Positions 27,817 through 42,655 are shown, counted from the stretch's first letter. The stretch: DNA of 64,000 nt from Octopus sinensis (GCF_006345805.1 NC_042999.1:100192001-100256000); one strand, 5' to 3'. Numbers and translations are program-made. The notes: generated by a model from the sequence alone, not told the origin.

Positions 27817-27834
27817 TGCCAGCAGAGGGCGCCG
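27817..27834 (+). promoter_or_regulatory. Candidate CTCF-binding motif
   Basis: TGCCAGCAGAGGGCGCCG fits the CCASYAGRKGGCRS consensus, in sequence where I recognise no repeat. Confidence 0.4.
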
Positions 27835-29079
27835 TGAGATGACTATAGGTTTTTCTGACACCTATTGCCTAAAGCGAGAATTTTCTCCACGATAAATTGC
27901 AGTGATAATGGCTTTTTTACAGCCCAAATATGTCGCAAACATATTTGAAATTATATAAAAGTGTGTTGTGTATGTATGTGTGCGTGTTTGTGTGAGCGTT
28001 TGTGTGTGTTTATATACACACACTTATATACATGCAAATATATATATGTATACAAACATATATATGTATTTATGTATGCATTTATGCATATGTATGTATG
28101 TATGCACGTATGTATGTATGTATGTATGTATGTATGTATGTATGTATGTATGTATGTATGTATGTTCAGACATCTTCCGTTTCTTACTGCTTCACACTAA
28201 AGCTATTCTCTATAGAAATACACTACATCTCATCTCACTTTATGTTCTCGGATAATCAGATTAACTATGCCTTATTCCTTTTAACATAACTTTAATTTCG
28301 TGATGCAATTTCATCTAACAAAGAATCCACAGAGAAATTCTTCCCTCTTTCATCGACAGCACTTTTATTGACTAGATCATGTAGCTGACAATTTGTCTCC
28401 TTTAGATTATAGCTTTAATTAGCATCATAATGGACATTTTCTGTTAACCATCCTGAAATAGTAGATATCATTTTTTTTAAACATTTCCCTAAACACCAGA
28501 TTTCTTAAAATGCTATATTCCAACGTAGGCAATGTCAACGGTAGAATAATTTCTAAAGTATTTTTATTATGCTGATGTACATTTTAAATTCTATTTATTA
28601 ATTGGTGCACTCTTTAAATGCTAGGACGAATAATTTCAAAAGAATACAGGAATCTATATTTTCCGTTCAATTGGTTATGTTTCACTAGAAGATTACACAA
28701 TCCATTACGCTCTCTGGGAACAGGTACAGCTGTATGGCCAAGAACTTTGCTTTGCATCCTCGGAGTTCAGTTCTGATACGTAAACCTTTGCAAATATCTT
28801 CTACTCTTTCTGTGGATTAACAACCACTTTGTAGATGGAATTTAGTAGATGAAAATATGCAGAAAACTATTGGGCGTAGGTGTGTTCGATAATGCTGAAG
28901 TAAATACAATCAATTAACTGCTCTTATACAGTGTACTATATAAAGTTTATTACAAACTGGATGTTATTTCATTAATTTACACCAGTTATTTTCACCATCC
29001 CCCATTACCTGAAAATACATGCTATGGTGAAGCTTATAAGCTAATAATTATATATATATATATATATAAATAATAAATG

Positions 29080-29300
29080 CGCCCTTTTAAAGCCTTCCCG
29101 GTTTCCATGGCGTATGTGATCCCAAGCTGGATGGGACGCCAGTCCATCGTAGCGTTACTCATTTTTGCCAACTGAATGGACTGGAGCAACGTGAAATGAA
29201 GTGGTGTGCTCAAGAACACAACGCGTCGCCTGGTTCAGGAATCGAAACCACAATCTTACGATCATGATGCTGACACCCTAACCACTAAGCCACGCGCCTC
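29080..29300 (-). mobile_element. tRNA-derived SINE, family C
   Basis: Minus strand: GTGGCTTAGTGGTTAGGGTG (A box), GTTTCGATTCC (B box), then GTTGTGTTCTTGAGC and GATGGACTGGCGTCCCATCCAG. Related decayed copies at ~52230-52385 and ~54720-54895. Confidence 0.85.
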
Positions 29301-29303
29301 CAC

Positions 29304-30318
<1,015 letters not shown>

Positions 30319-30339
30319 TATGTATATATCACAAACAGA

Positions 30340-31190
30340 GCGAAAAAGCATTCGACAACGTCAATATGTTTATGATTCTTAAAAGGGCAGGGATACCATT
30401 AAAGATAACATCGGCAGTTAGATGTCAAACAGCAGATGCCATTATGTCCTTGTTGATGTAAAATAGACTCCTGTCTTCATACCTTAGAGTGTAATTCAGC
30501 AAAGTGATATCTTGGTACCTTATTTGTTTTGGGTGGTTATGGATCATGTGATAAAAGCTACAACCCATACAAAAGATGGACTTCGTATATCAGAGTCACA
30601 TAAGTTGACCTATCTCATATTTGCAGGTGATATTGTTCTCTTTGCTCCCACCCTCATAGAAGCAAAAGACTAATTGGATTGTGTCATGCGAGAAGCAAAG
30701 ACAGTGGGGCTAGAAATAAACGAATCGAAGACAGAGTACATCACTATTAATATAAACACAGACGAAACAACAGGCGTTATGGCAAATGGAAAGCAGTCAT
30801 CCAGGGTTGCTAAATTCACTTACCTTGGATCGACTGTACTGATTTCTCTCACAAATCAAACTGACATTATAGACAGGGGAGCTGCATACGGTGCAACATC
30901 GCAGCTTCAACACCTCTGATTGTCTAACATCAACCCAACAATGAAGATAAAGATGTCTTCCGATTTTTACATATGGATGCATAATACGAATCGGCAAAGG
31001 GCTATATTGAACACTTTTCACACAAAGAACCTGAGGAATATATATCAGATATCTTTCAACGACCACGTTTCCAATGATGCATTGTAACAAATGGCTGACG
31101 AAAAGCACATGAGCACAAGGATAAAGCAACGCCGACTGAGATGGATTGGGCACCAACTACGACCCCCACCTAATGAATGCTAACAACAGT
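30340..31190 (+). mobile_element. RTE-like LINE reverse transcriptase fragment (decayed)
   Basis: KAFDNV, ILKRAGIP, LIFAGDIVL (FADD-like), GLEINESKTEY, FTYLGST in broken frames. Confidence 0.8.
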
Positions 31191-31268
31191 ACCTGATACT
31201 TAGAACCATACAAACAACTTACCACCCAGTTTTTCCTATTATTCATATTTGTCTTGAGTTTTTAATAA

Positions 31269-31314
<46 letters not shown>

Positions 31315-31343
31315 TCCCGGACGAGCCCCAATATAATTTTTTA

Positions 31344-31758
31344 TAGGCGCAGCAGCGGCGGTGTGGTAAGAAGCTTGCTTCCCAACCACACGGTTCCGGG
31401 TTCAGTCCCACTGCGTAGCTCCTTGGGCAAATGTCTTCTACTATAGCCTTGTGAGTGGATTTAGTAGATGGAAACTGAAAAACACCCGTTGTATGTGTGT
31501 GTGTGTGTGTGTGTGTGCGTGTGTGTTTGTGTCTCTGTGTGAGTGTCTGTCTGTCTCTGTTTGTTCCCCACTACCGCTTGACAATCGGTGTTGGTGTGTT
31601 TATATCCTCGTAACTTTGCGCTTCGGCAAAAGAAACTGATAGCATATGTACTAGGCTTAAATTATATAAAGGAAGTACTGGGGTCGATTAATTCGGCTAA
31701 AATTCTTCAAGGCGGTTTCCCAGCATGGCTGCAGTCTAATGACTGGAACAAGCAAAAA
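31344..31758 (+). mobile_element. SINE family A, near full length
   Basis: GTGTGGTAAGAAGCTTGCTTCCC...GGTTCAGTCCCACTG...CCTTGGGCAAATGTCTTCTACTATAGCC...CAGCATGGCTGCAGTCTAATGACTGGAACAAG. Confidence 0.9.
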
Positions 31759-31764
31759 TATACA

Positions 31765-31807
<43 letters not shown>

Positions 31808-32239
31808 AATATAAACAGGTTCCAAGGAAAAAAGACTACATGTGGTATAAATAGATGGAAAGTAAGAAGTAACAAAGAAAATGCACACTAGGTATAAAAG
31901 TAATGGCTTTTTTTTATATAAAAACAAAGATATATACACACAAATAGATGATTTGAGGTGGAAATAAGAAGTCTAAAAATCATTATCATGAGTCAATATA
32001 GAAAGTCATACCGGTTTCGTCATCACTGTTCACTAACTTTGAATCAACACCGATTTCCAAATGGTGTTGGGTCTAATAGTACCTGAGTGAAAAGAATGCA
32101 TGCAAGGGAAGTAAGCAGTTCTGAAAATGATGCAATTGGGTTAGTACGATTAATAGCGCATGAATGGTATATGGGATGTATGAGGATTAGTAGGGTTATT
32201 GGTATTAGTAAGGTTAGTAGTGTTCTGTATTAAGTTGTG

Positions 32240-32470
32240 TGTGCATGTTAAATTGTGGATGATATTTATTAATGAAAGTTGCCTCTTTATTAGGTCTTTG
32301 CTGCACTGAGGTGTTCTGGGAACATTGATAAAACGGGAAAATTAGGAAGTTTGGTTTAAGGTTCATAACACATCTATCTGTGTGCTCACTGACCTGTATC
32401 TGTCTACAATGTGTGAAGTGGATTTGTTATTTATGAAGCGTTGTTCTTCGTCTGAGAGACATTCGTGTTT
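32240..32470 (-). mobile_element. PLE GIY-YIG C-terminal remnant
   Basis: Minus strand: TRMSLRRRTTLHK*QI...QIQVSEHTDRC...FLIFPFYQC...NKEATFINKYHPQFN. Confidence 0.7.
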
Positions 32471-32976
32471 GGTTTATATAGTTTGGTTTATACACAACAC
32501 TGCTTAGTTCTTTTATTTCGTATACAAAAATAGTTATTTATTTATGTAGATAATACTCATACTAGAGCAGAATGGTAACATAAATACAGAAATAACATGC
32601 ACTACTTTACAAAATTAAACAACTGACTGTTGATGTGACATCCACTTGACTGTGTCTAATATAAGAATCATAAACGCATGCCGAAATCACTTCCGCTTGA
32701 AAATTAGGTCTTAAGAGACTAGAAAAATTGATGATAGAAGTAAGACATTAACAATTTTATAGAAACAGCAATCATTTTGAACAAATTTGAAGGAAAGGAA
32801 AACCTTAACTGAAATAACAATAATATTAGAATACAATCATGAATGAACGACGAGTCAAATAGAAAAAAAAAACTGATTACCATACAAATATTTATACACA
32901 AACACACGCACGCACATATTTATGTAAATATACGTCTATATTCGTATGTGTGTGTGTATGTAAATACACACGAACT

Positions 32977-33081
<105 letters not shown>

Positions 33082-33419
33082 TATATATGTATATAGTGTA
33101 TCAACATGTATTAAATATTTAGACTAACTAAATTAGAGATGCATTACTTGAAGTTTCACAGACAAAACTAATATCTAATAGTTCAAATTCTTATTTCTGA
33201 CAGACAGGCCAAGCAGTTGCAGCATTTGCATGAAAAGATGTGAGATCGGTACTGACGACCTAGGAGTGTCTCATCATATCACCAAGAGAAATGAGTACAT
33301 CACACGTATACACTACGAAATTAATATCATGAAATTAGAGAAATAATTAAACAGATACTATAAGCGTACAGCTCTCAGCTGAATTTAGGGTGACTGGACT
33401 AACGTACTTTATCGACACT

Positions 33420-34163
33420 TGGAAAACATCCCAGCACAAAAGTATGCATGGGTATACATCGTGCAAGCAAGAAAATGCCGACACCATTAACAAAAATAAT
33501 GGCTTTTTATGAATTTGCGATAGATTCTCCACATTTCCCCTTTGCTAACCAAGACAAGAGGTATCTTCACATTGTGATTGAAAATGTTGACTTTGCCATA
33601 TCAGTGTGGAAGACATCACTCTTTTCAACAGTTCTCCAAAAATCTCCGCAAGATACTAGGTATAAAAGTAATGGCTTTTTTCTCACGAGACATGATATTG
33701 TCGCTAAAATTGTCCACAGTATAGGGAGATTTGTCCTGGTGGCCTTACTAAAGCAACCACAATGTATGCAGACTTTTAGAAATAAAGAATACTAGTTGAA
33801 TGTTCCCCTAAAAGCAGCAACACGGTGTAATCACAGAAGGTCATATATTGTTCAATGGAGCAGAGAGCAACCATCTGTTGTGGAGATCAGTTGTTCAGCA
33901 GATGTGAATGTCACGTCAAACATCAGGGACAAACAGGACAACTTAAGAAACTTACAGCTACTATATCCAAGCTATAGATTTTCATTTGTTCTTAATATCG
34001 TAGGTGCACTGGGCCATGGAATAACAGATTTGCGTAAGACCACGGAAATGCTAAGAATATACAAAATGAAAAAGAACTGAGCCGATTGATTCGCATTCTT
34101 GAAATACAGTCAATTAGTGGTACAGTAAAAAATTCCAAAACTTTCTACAGATTCTACAGTTGA
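33420..34163 (+). mobile_element. R4/Dong-like (RLE-type) non-LTR retrotransposon C-terminal remnant
   Basis: Broken frames give CHISVEDIT...SARY...RHDIVAKIVH (CCHC knuckle plus RHD motif), then NVPLKAATRCNHRRSYIVQW...VVEISCSADVN and IVGALG (restriction-like endonuclease region). Confidence 0.75.
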
Positions 34164-34663
34164 GGTTCCTAAGCTGAACACATACACATAATCACATCTA
34201 CATACAGAGTGCATACAGCCACATTAACACTAATGAGGCACATACACATGTGCATTTGAGTGCCGTGCCATGCACACCTAATATATGAGTGGAAGTTTAT
34301 CCCCAGCATATGTATGAATACACCAACTAATTCAGTTATCCATAAACTCAAAGAACTGTCATGAAATAAACAAATAAAGAGCCTTGTCACTTCGTTAGTG
34401 ATAACGAAGCGACAAGGCTTTATTTTACTTATTTGAATTCTACAAAGAAAAAATTGTGGGGTAAACATACATATTGTATTTATTAATGAAATGATTTTTG
34501 ACAGCCAGTCGGAATGTTTTACTTACAGATTAAGCTGTAAGCTCTCACGAATCAGTTCTTTAATAAATAATTATTAACACCGTTTTGAGTTCTTTGTATG
34601 AAAGTGATTTATAGTTAATAACTAAACTTTCAAATACAATATGTATATACACATACATAACTA

Positions 34664-34808
<145 letters not shown>

Positions 34809-34872
34809 ATATACATGTGTATATGTCTATGTATATATGTATGTATACATAGATGTAAATATATACATACAC

Positions 34873-34904
<32 letters not shown>

Positions 34905-34944
34905 ATTATGTATGTATGTACGCATACATATATCTATATAACTA

Positions 34945-35820
34945 CCAGGTGTGTTCAAAAAGTATCCAACATATTTTTCCCCGCCAAACCTAATGCCGCA
35001 TGAGCAAAATCATTCGTGTGGAAGGTGATGCCACCCTTTTCGCGCCGGTAGGCCGCGTCACTTCGCTGCTGTTACGCCTAGAGTACAGAAGTGCATCGCG
35101 CGCTCGTTAGATTTTCATTTTCACGCCACATGACCGAGTGCATCGAGCAGAAACTATAAACCAACGTCTCATCACCAGTAATGATGGTCTTCACGAAGGC
35201 TGGTTCGTGATTTACACAGTCCAGTATATCCAGTGCGACTTCCATGTTGTGTTGGTTCTGCTGCTCTGCCAGCAACATGGGGACGAATTACGCCGACACT
35301 CCCCGCATGCGCAAATCCTCTGTTGAAACAGAATGCACTGATCTTCTGTTCATTCCCGCTTCGTTAGCTATTTCCTGGATTGTTACACGGCGGTCTTCTT
35401 CCGCAATCGGCTTCTCGTTTCGGCTTGTGGATGGCTTACTTAAGCGTGCCTCGTTCTCCATTGAGCAGCGGCTATTTTTAAAGTGGTTGTACCACTCCTT
35501 GATCTAAGTTTTGCCTATGGCATCATCGCCAAAGGTCTGCTGACTCTTTGGGTGGCTGAGCTTGAGTATCATCAAGCTTTTGACAAAACTTGATGCAATC
35601 TCTCTGCTCAGTTTGTTCGGTGAAAATGATAATCCGACGAGCGCACACCCCATGTCCGTACTCTAAGCGTAACATCTGGGAACGTACACGGCCTACTGGC
35701 TCGAAAATTTTCATGCATGCTCAGAAAGGTTGGTGTCACCTCCGACCCAAAGGATATTGCCCATTCAGATTTAGTGTTGGTGGAAAAAAAAATTGTCAGA
35801 TACTTTTTGAACGCACCTCG
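34945..35820. mobile_element. Mariner derivative made of two inward-facing 5' ends, TA-flanked
   Basis: TIRs CCAGGTGTGTTCAAAAAGTATC and GATACTTTTTGAACGCACCTCG. Plus strand reads MTECIEQ from ~35130. Minus strand reads EQRDCIKFCQKL...IKEWYNHFK...FVPMLL...IITGDETLVY, ending at ~35150. Confidence 0.85.
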
Positions 35821-37064
35821 TACACACTAGTTTATCCCAGCGGTATATGAGCTCATCTTTGAATATAAAGAACAGCAGTGTTCTGTTCGTATCTTTGAAG
35901 CTGTATGCACATAAGTATCGTGTACTGAAACCGATATATACCCTTTTCTGATTTACAAGTATGATTCTTAAAAGTTTAGTGCGATCACAGACTGAGGAGA
36001 CGAGATTTTCTCTGAACCCTCTACTAGGCTGTTTCAACATGGAGCACTTATAACCAATAATAAATCCGAACTAAATTGAAACTAATAATAAAGATGTGCT
36101 AAATACATGGGCTTGAAACCCCGTGTTTTTTTTGGGGGGGAGAGGTTCCTGTCATTATTGATGTGCTCATATGCAGTAGCACATCTGAGACAGCACAGGA
36201 CTTCGAACGATCACGCAACAGTGGGCGTTAAATGTCATTACGAATAAGATCCAAAACCTAAACCCTAAAATTGTTGCCATACGTACATACACACACACAC
36301 ATACATACATACATACATACATACATACATACATACATACATACATACATACATACATACATACATACATACATACATACATTGCCTTCGTCGTGTTAAC
36401 AAGTTGATTTTATGGATGAGAAGCTTAGCATATTCATGCTGTCGAGGGATAGGAAAATCTTTCAGCGACACATCTATATGTAGTTTCCCCCATCATTGCA
36501 AGGTTAATGAGTAGAGCAGAATACAGGTGTGGTGTAATATATGGATTAATAGAATCGTGTGACTATCACAGAAAGCTCATCTAACGGACTCGGCTAACAA
36601 ACCACATAGTAATCCACTACAGATGACTATAATGCAGAATTACCTGCAACTGAAATACAGGAGATCCAATTGATAATTTTTTTACACGGGGAGTATATCA
36701 ATCAAAAGAGTCAGGAAGTATGAGAGGTGAATGTATTTGTTTAACCAATTGCCAACCTTAGCAATACGGCCGTTTAGCATCCTTCATCATGTAATAATAA
36801 TTTCAGTGTATAATGACTTATGTTCACATTTTTGCACTAATATGCATGCAACGCATTCTACAATACATTTGTATAGTAACAAACCGGTACAGGTAAGAAA
36901 GCTAGCTCATCAGATCACGGTACAGGTAAGAAAGCTAGCTCATCAGATCATCATTACATCAACGATACAACACAAAGTATACATAGAAACTTTTCTCATT
37001 ATATATACAATGTATGGAATACCGTAACTATGAAAGAACATATGTTTATTTTTACTGACTATAC

Positions 37065-37211
37065 CAGTGGTTCCCAACCTGTGGTCCGCAAAGGTAGTAC
37101 TGGGGATCCGTGAAAATGTTAAGATGGCAGACCTTTCAATATCCTGAGGTCCCTGGTAAAACTCACTTAAATAAAAGGGATCCTTGGTTGTGAAAGGTTT
37201 GAGAACCACTG
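37065..37211. mobile_element. hAT (Charlie-like) MITE, 147 bp
   Basis: TIRs CAGTGGTTCCCAACCT and AGGTTTGAGAACCACTG; 8-bp flanks GACTATAC / GACAATAC (7 of 8 identical). Confidence 0.85.
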
Positions 37212-37799
37212 GACAATACCAAGCTAATCTTATCTAGTCTTCATCTCCCATAGATTGTACATACAAAGCGAAACTTTTTCCTTCTCCTAATGAGATGTCT
37301 TAACAAAGATTAAGGATCTTTCACAAATGTTGGATGATCATTGACAATACTGAATTTATTTGCCCTTTAACAAGTCTTCTTTTTGTCCTGCAGAGTGTCC
37401 AACAAAAGCACTCCTCTTGGATGGGGTTACCGGCTTAGTGGCTGACAGTGCGACTGTTCAATAAGTTAAATTGTGTTACATATTTCCTTTAGCTCTAAGA
37501 ATGATTTGTGACGTATGTATGCATGTATGAATGCATGTACGTATGTATGTATGAATGCATGCATGTATGTATGTATGTATGTATGTATGTATGTATGTAT
37601 GTATGTATGTATGTATGTATGTATGTATGTATGCATGCATGCATATATTTACAAGGAAACAGTTCACGGTGACTTCAGTTCCAATTCAATCGCTTTCATC
37701 GGATTGAAAGGAATCTGAAGCGAAATTTCGAAGTCCCTGTGAAGCTTTTTTCCTGTAATAATGTTATTGCTCACTTACAGAAATATAAGCAATATACTC

Positions 37800-37855
<56 letters not shown>

Positions 37856-37906
37856 AGAGAGATAGACAGACAGACAGACAGATAGAGATAGATAGATAAA
37901 TAGATT

Positions 37907-37955
<49 letters not shown>

Positions 37956-37956
37956 C

Positions 37957-38015
<59 letters not shown>

Positions 38016-38070
38016 CAGAGATAGATAGACAGAGAGATGGATGGATGGACGGACGGGTGGACAGACAGTC
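37800..38070. repeat. Compound (GATT)n(GACA)n(GATA)n microsatellite
   Basis: Direct reading. Confidence 0.95.
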
Positions 38071-38470
38071 AGGTAGATATATGCACTCATTGGCACACGA
38101 TATCACTATGTATATATATATGTGTGTGTATGTGTGTATGCATCTATATATATATATATATTGTGTGTGTGTGTGTATCTATATGTATGTGTGCGAATAT
38201 ATATACATATACGTAAATGCAAACATGGATGCATATTACATACATAATATTTATACGTTTATATGTGCATGTGAGCATATATTAACACATTTATATAAAT
38301 ATGCGTATACATAAGTATATTCATACATATACGTGTGTGAGTGTGTATATATATATATATATATATATATGTACAATTATATATAAATGTTTGTATATAT
38401 ATATATATATATATACATACATACATACATACTGATGTATACATAGATTTTTTTCTTTTTTTTATTCTTT

Positions 38471-38702
38471 TTTACTTGTTTCAGTCATTTGCTGGAGAAC
38501 CGGATTTAGTCGAGCAAATCGACCCCAGAACTTATTCTTTATAAGCCTAGTACTTATTCTATCGGTCTCTTTGCCGAACCCGTAAGTTACGGGGACGTAA
38601 ACACACCACTATCGGTTGTCAAGCTATGTTGGGGAGACAAACACAGACACACAAACATACACACACTCACACACACACACACACAAACATACACACACAC
38701 AC

Positions 38703-38736
<34 letters not shown>

Positions 38737-38912
38737 GATATATATATATTTATATATACGACGGGCTCCTTGCAGTTTCCGTCTACCAAATCCACTCACG
38801 AGGCATTGGTCGGCCCGAAGCTATAGTAGAAGATACTTGCCCAAGGTGTCACGCAGTGGGACTGAATCCGGAACCATGTAGTTGGTAAACAAGCTACTTA
38901 CCACACAGCCAC
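38471..38912 (-). mobile_element. SINE family A, near full length
   Basis: CTTGTTTCAGTCATTTG...TTATTCTATCGGTCTC...CAGTTTCCGTCTACCAAATCCACTCAC...CTTACCACACAGCCAC. Confidence 0.9.
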
Positions 38913-39055
38913 TCGTATATATACTCGTATGAATGTGTGCGTGTGTATTAGTGTGCATAGACACATTCATATGATTATGTACTAACACATATGCACATAA
39001 TGTTATGTAGCTAGATAGATAGACAGACAGACAGACAGACAACTGACAGATGGAC

Positions 39056-39148
<93 letters not shown>

Positions 39149-39689
39149 TGTAGACAGATAGACAGTAAATATTTAATTTATTTTCTATATTTTCGTAACA
39201 TGTTAGGAATACTCAAAAATATTCGTAATCTCGTTGCGACAGATCAATACAACAGTATCAACATATGGTGATATTGATTGAAGTCGCATCGCTCGCAGTA
39301 CTCCCAGTTGTCACCAAGGTGATGGATTCAGAAGACCACAATATCACTGATTTTCCGAACAATTCCCATGAAAATATCGATATTTTTAAGATCTGCAATC
39401 GTCTTTTCGTTAACAAGTTTACTAGTATTCAAAATGAAATAAAAATTTGTGGACTGATACATTATATTTCCATATGTATCCAAGAAAATGGAACAAGCCC
39501 TAAAATAACATCGGTGTGTGTGTGCGTGTGAGGGAGTGAGTGAGAGAGAGAGAGAGGAGAGAGAGAAAGAGAGTCAGACAGACAGAGAAAGAAAGAGACA
39601 GAAAGAAGAAAGAAAACGTCTATACACGTGTGTATGTATATCCATAAGCACATATATGCATACATATATGCTCACGTGTGAGTGGTATG

Positions 39690-39730
<41 letters not shown>

Positions 39731-39772
39731 GATATATATATATAGATATATATATATATATATTATGTATGT

Positions 39773-39827
<55 letters not shown>

Positions 39828-39930
39828 ATATATATATATGATATGTATATGTATATATATATGTATATGTATATGTACATATATTATATATATATATGTA
39901 TATATATATATAGTATTAATATATGTATAT

Positions 39931-42655
39931 GATTGATTGATTGATTGATTCTAGTTTCAGCTTATGAGCTGTGGCCATGCTGGGGCACCGCCATTTGGGT
40001 GTTGCTACTTGGTTTCACTTCATGGAGGCTTTCTAGCAACTGCTATTTGGTGCATGAGAGAGTTCGATGCAGCTGCCCTCATCTGCCCCTCCTACCGTGA
40101 AGTTGGTTCATCTGGGACACCTGACAGGAAGAGATCCAGCTTCATTTTAAAGACATCTGTATCCACCCCATGCAGTCTCTCAGGTTCTTCGGGAGGATAT
40201 TGAAGAGCTGTGGCCTCGGAAGCCCAGGCTATCACAGAATCTTGTCCTACATCTTGATGGCAGGTTTGGAGTCCTAGGCACCACGCAGTGGCGCCCAGTT
40301 CTGGCATTTGCGTAACTCTCGATGCCAAAGTTCAGGACACTTCCCTCCAGGATCTTCCAGATGTATATTATGGCATATCTTTCCCGCCTACGCTCCAGGG
40401 AATATAATTTAATCTCTTGAGTCTTTCCCAGTAGCTTACATTCTGCATAGAGGCTATCTTCTTCGTGTAGCTTCGTTGGATCGCCTCAAGTTCTGTAATC
40501 AACTTGACACTGGATGGTGACCATAGCTGAGAGCAATAGTCAAAGTGGCTTAGGACAAGTGTCTTCCAGAGGACCATCATGGTTTCTTGTTCTCTTGTTC
40601 TAAAGGTTCTAAGAATCCATCCAGCCAGCCGTCTACATTTCATTGTCAGTTTAGCAACATGTACATGAAAGGTCGCGTCATCACTCATGTGAATACCCAG
40701 GTCACGCACTGATTGTGCCTCTGGGATTGCAATCCCTCCGGGTCCAGTGTATTCATTGGGTATTGCATCAGTTTTGCATGCTGATAGTATAAAGCTTGAA
40801 ACTTTCCAGCATTGAACTGCATGCTATTCTTTTCAGCCCACTGTATATTTCGTCCAGCTCACATTGCAGGTGTTTAGTGTCCTCGGGTTCTGTATTGCCT
40901 GTGAAACTTTTGTATCATCTGCATAACTTGTGATCGTGGCTCTCTGCGTGGCTGAGGGCATGTCTGAGAGGGCCATTATGAACAGTAGTGGTCCCAGAAC
41001 AGTGCCCTGCGGAACACCGCTCACTATTTGTGTGTTAATGGAGGTGGCCCCATTGGCTACTACCACCTGACTTCTATCCTTCAGAAAGTCATGAAGCCAT
41101 TCTCCCAGTTTTCCAACTATGTTGAGATCACGCAGTTTGTGACATATCATTCCATGATCGATTTTTATCAAAGGCCTTTGCAAAGTCGAGATATATCACT
41201 TCCACATTTGAGTGGTTGAGCAGCCGTTTCAGCACCCAGTCATAGTGTTGTAGGAGCTGAGTTAAACAGCTTCTCCCTGGTCGGAAACCATGTTGGGTGT
41301 GTCGGAAGCAAGTCATTCTCTTCAAGGAAGGTGATCAGCTTCCTTCTGACTATTCGTTCCATGACCTTGCTGATGTGTGAGGTCAGAGAGATAGGTCTAT
41401 AGTTCTTGGCTTCCGCTCTGCTCTGCTACCTCCTTATGAATGGGGCATATTTTACCTTCCTTCGTTTTCCTGGTAGTTTGCAGCTGCAAGGAAGCTCTTG
41501 AAAGAGGAACTGCAGTGGTCTTGCTAGGACTCTCTACATGCTTTTAGGAGGATTGCGGGAATCCATCGGGGCCAGTAGCTGAGTCTGTTTTCATTTCATC
41601 TATAGCCTTGGTTACATCGTCTTCCTTTATATCGATGTAATCTATCGTTGCCGCCTCTGATTTTATATCTGCAGTGGTTAAAAAAGTCAGTTGGATTGGT
41701 GATTTGGAGATGCCCAAGGGGTGGAGTGAAAACACTCTTGAATTGTTCATTCAGTATTTCAATTACCCTCATTGGTTTTCCTGTAAGTGTGCCATCCTTT
41801 TCGAGGAGTGGCCCTATTCTACAGTGCACTGTAGCTGTTTTTGGCATACCTTAGAAAGCTCTGGGGTTAGATTTTATGTTTTCTATAGCCCAGGCTTCTT
41901 TGTCTGCTCTTTCTTTTCATGGGAGAGTTGCAGACATTTTCGATTCCAACAGTTTTATTTTTAGGTGGGACTTTTCATGCTTTCCATCTGCTTGTTTAGG
42001 CGATTTGAAAATTTCGTACGCCGTATCATTAAAATTTTCCTCTCTCTGGGGATTTTGTTCTTGTGTACAGTGGCCTTTCTCTCTGGGACACATTTGTAGC
42101 ATATGGCTTGCATACAGACATGAATTGTTGGAGGTTCACGTCGATGTCTGGCGAGGAGAGACATTTAGGCCAGTTTTGTTTGAGGATCTCTTTCTCAATT
42201 TGTTTCCAGTTTGCCTTATGGTAGTTCAAGCTGGAAAGATTTTGAGGGTTTCTTGTAGGCTGCATGTCCGTGCTCTCTTTTGGCCCGTACATGGTCAGCT
42301 CTATCATGTTGTGATCCGAGAGTAGTGTCGGTGTCACTTTCACATTATGGATGAGATCCATGTCATTGTGAAGCAGAGATCCAGTGTGTTACCTGCCTGG
42401 TTGGTTGGTGGAGTATACCTGCTCCATGTACAGGGTGTTGATGAGGTTCAGGAGGGACCTCGCCTGTCCTCGTTCACATCTTGTCATTCCTGGGAGAGAA
42501 AGGCCCTCGGGCCATCTGACATGGGCAGATTGAAGTCTCCCATAAGAAGAACACCTATGTGTTGTTCTAATGTGGTTAGAATTTCTTCTATTTTTATAAG
42601 GCAGTCTTCAAAACTTGCCCACATGGCTTGGGGCATCTGGAGGGCGATATGTAGC
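39931..42655 (-). mobile_element. CR1-group LINE ORF2 (APE endonuclease plus RT) with frameshifts; 3' end intact with (AATC)n tail
   Basis: [77 protein letters not shown] across minus-strand ORFs. Confidence 0.95.

Noticed and set aside
37393-37465. Strong plus-strand acceptor followed by CPTKALLLDGVTGLVADSATVQ*
   Set aside because: All three frames close quickly, no upstream exon is found, and CAGAGTGTCC also resembles a Tc1-type TIR start.
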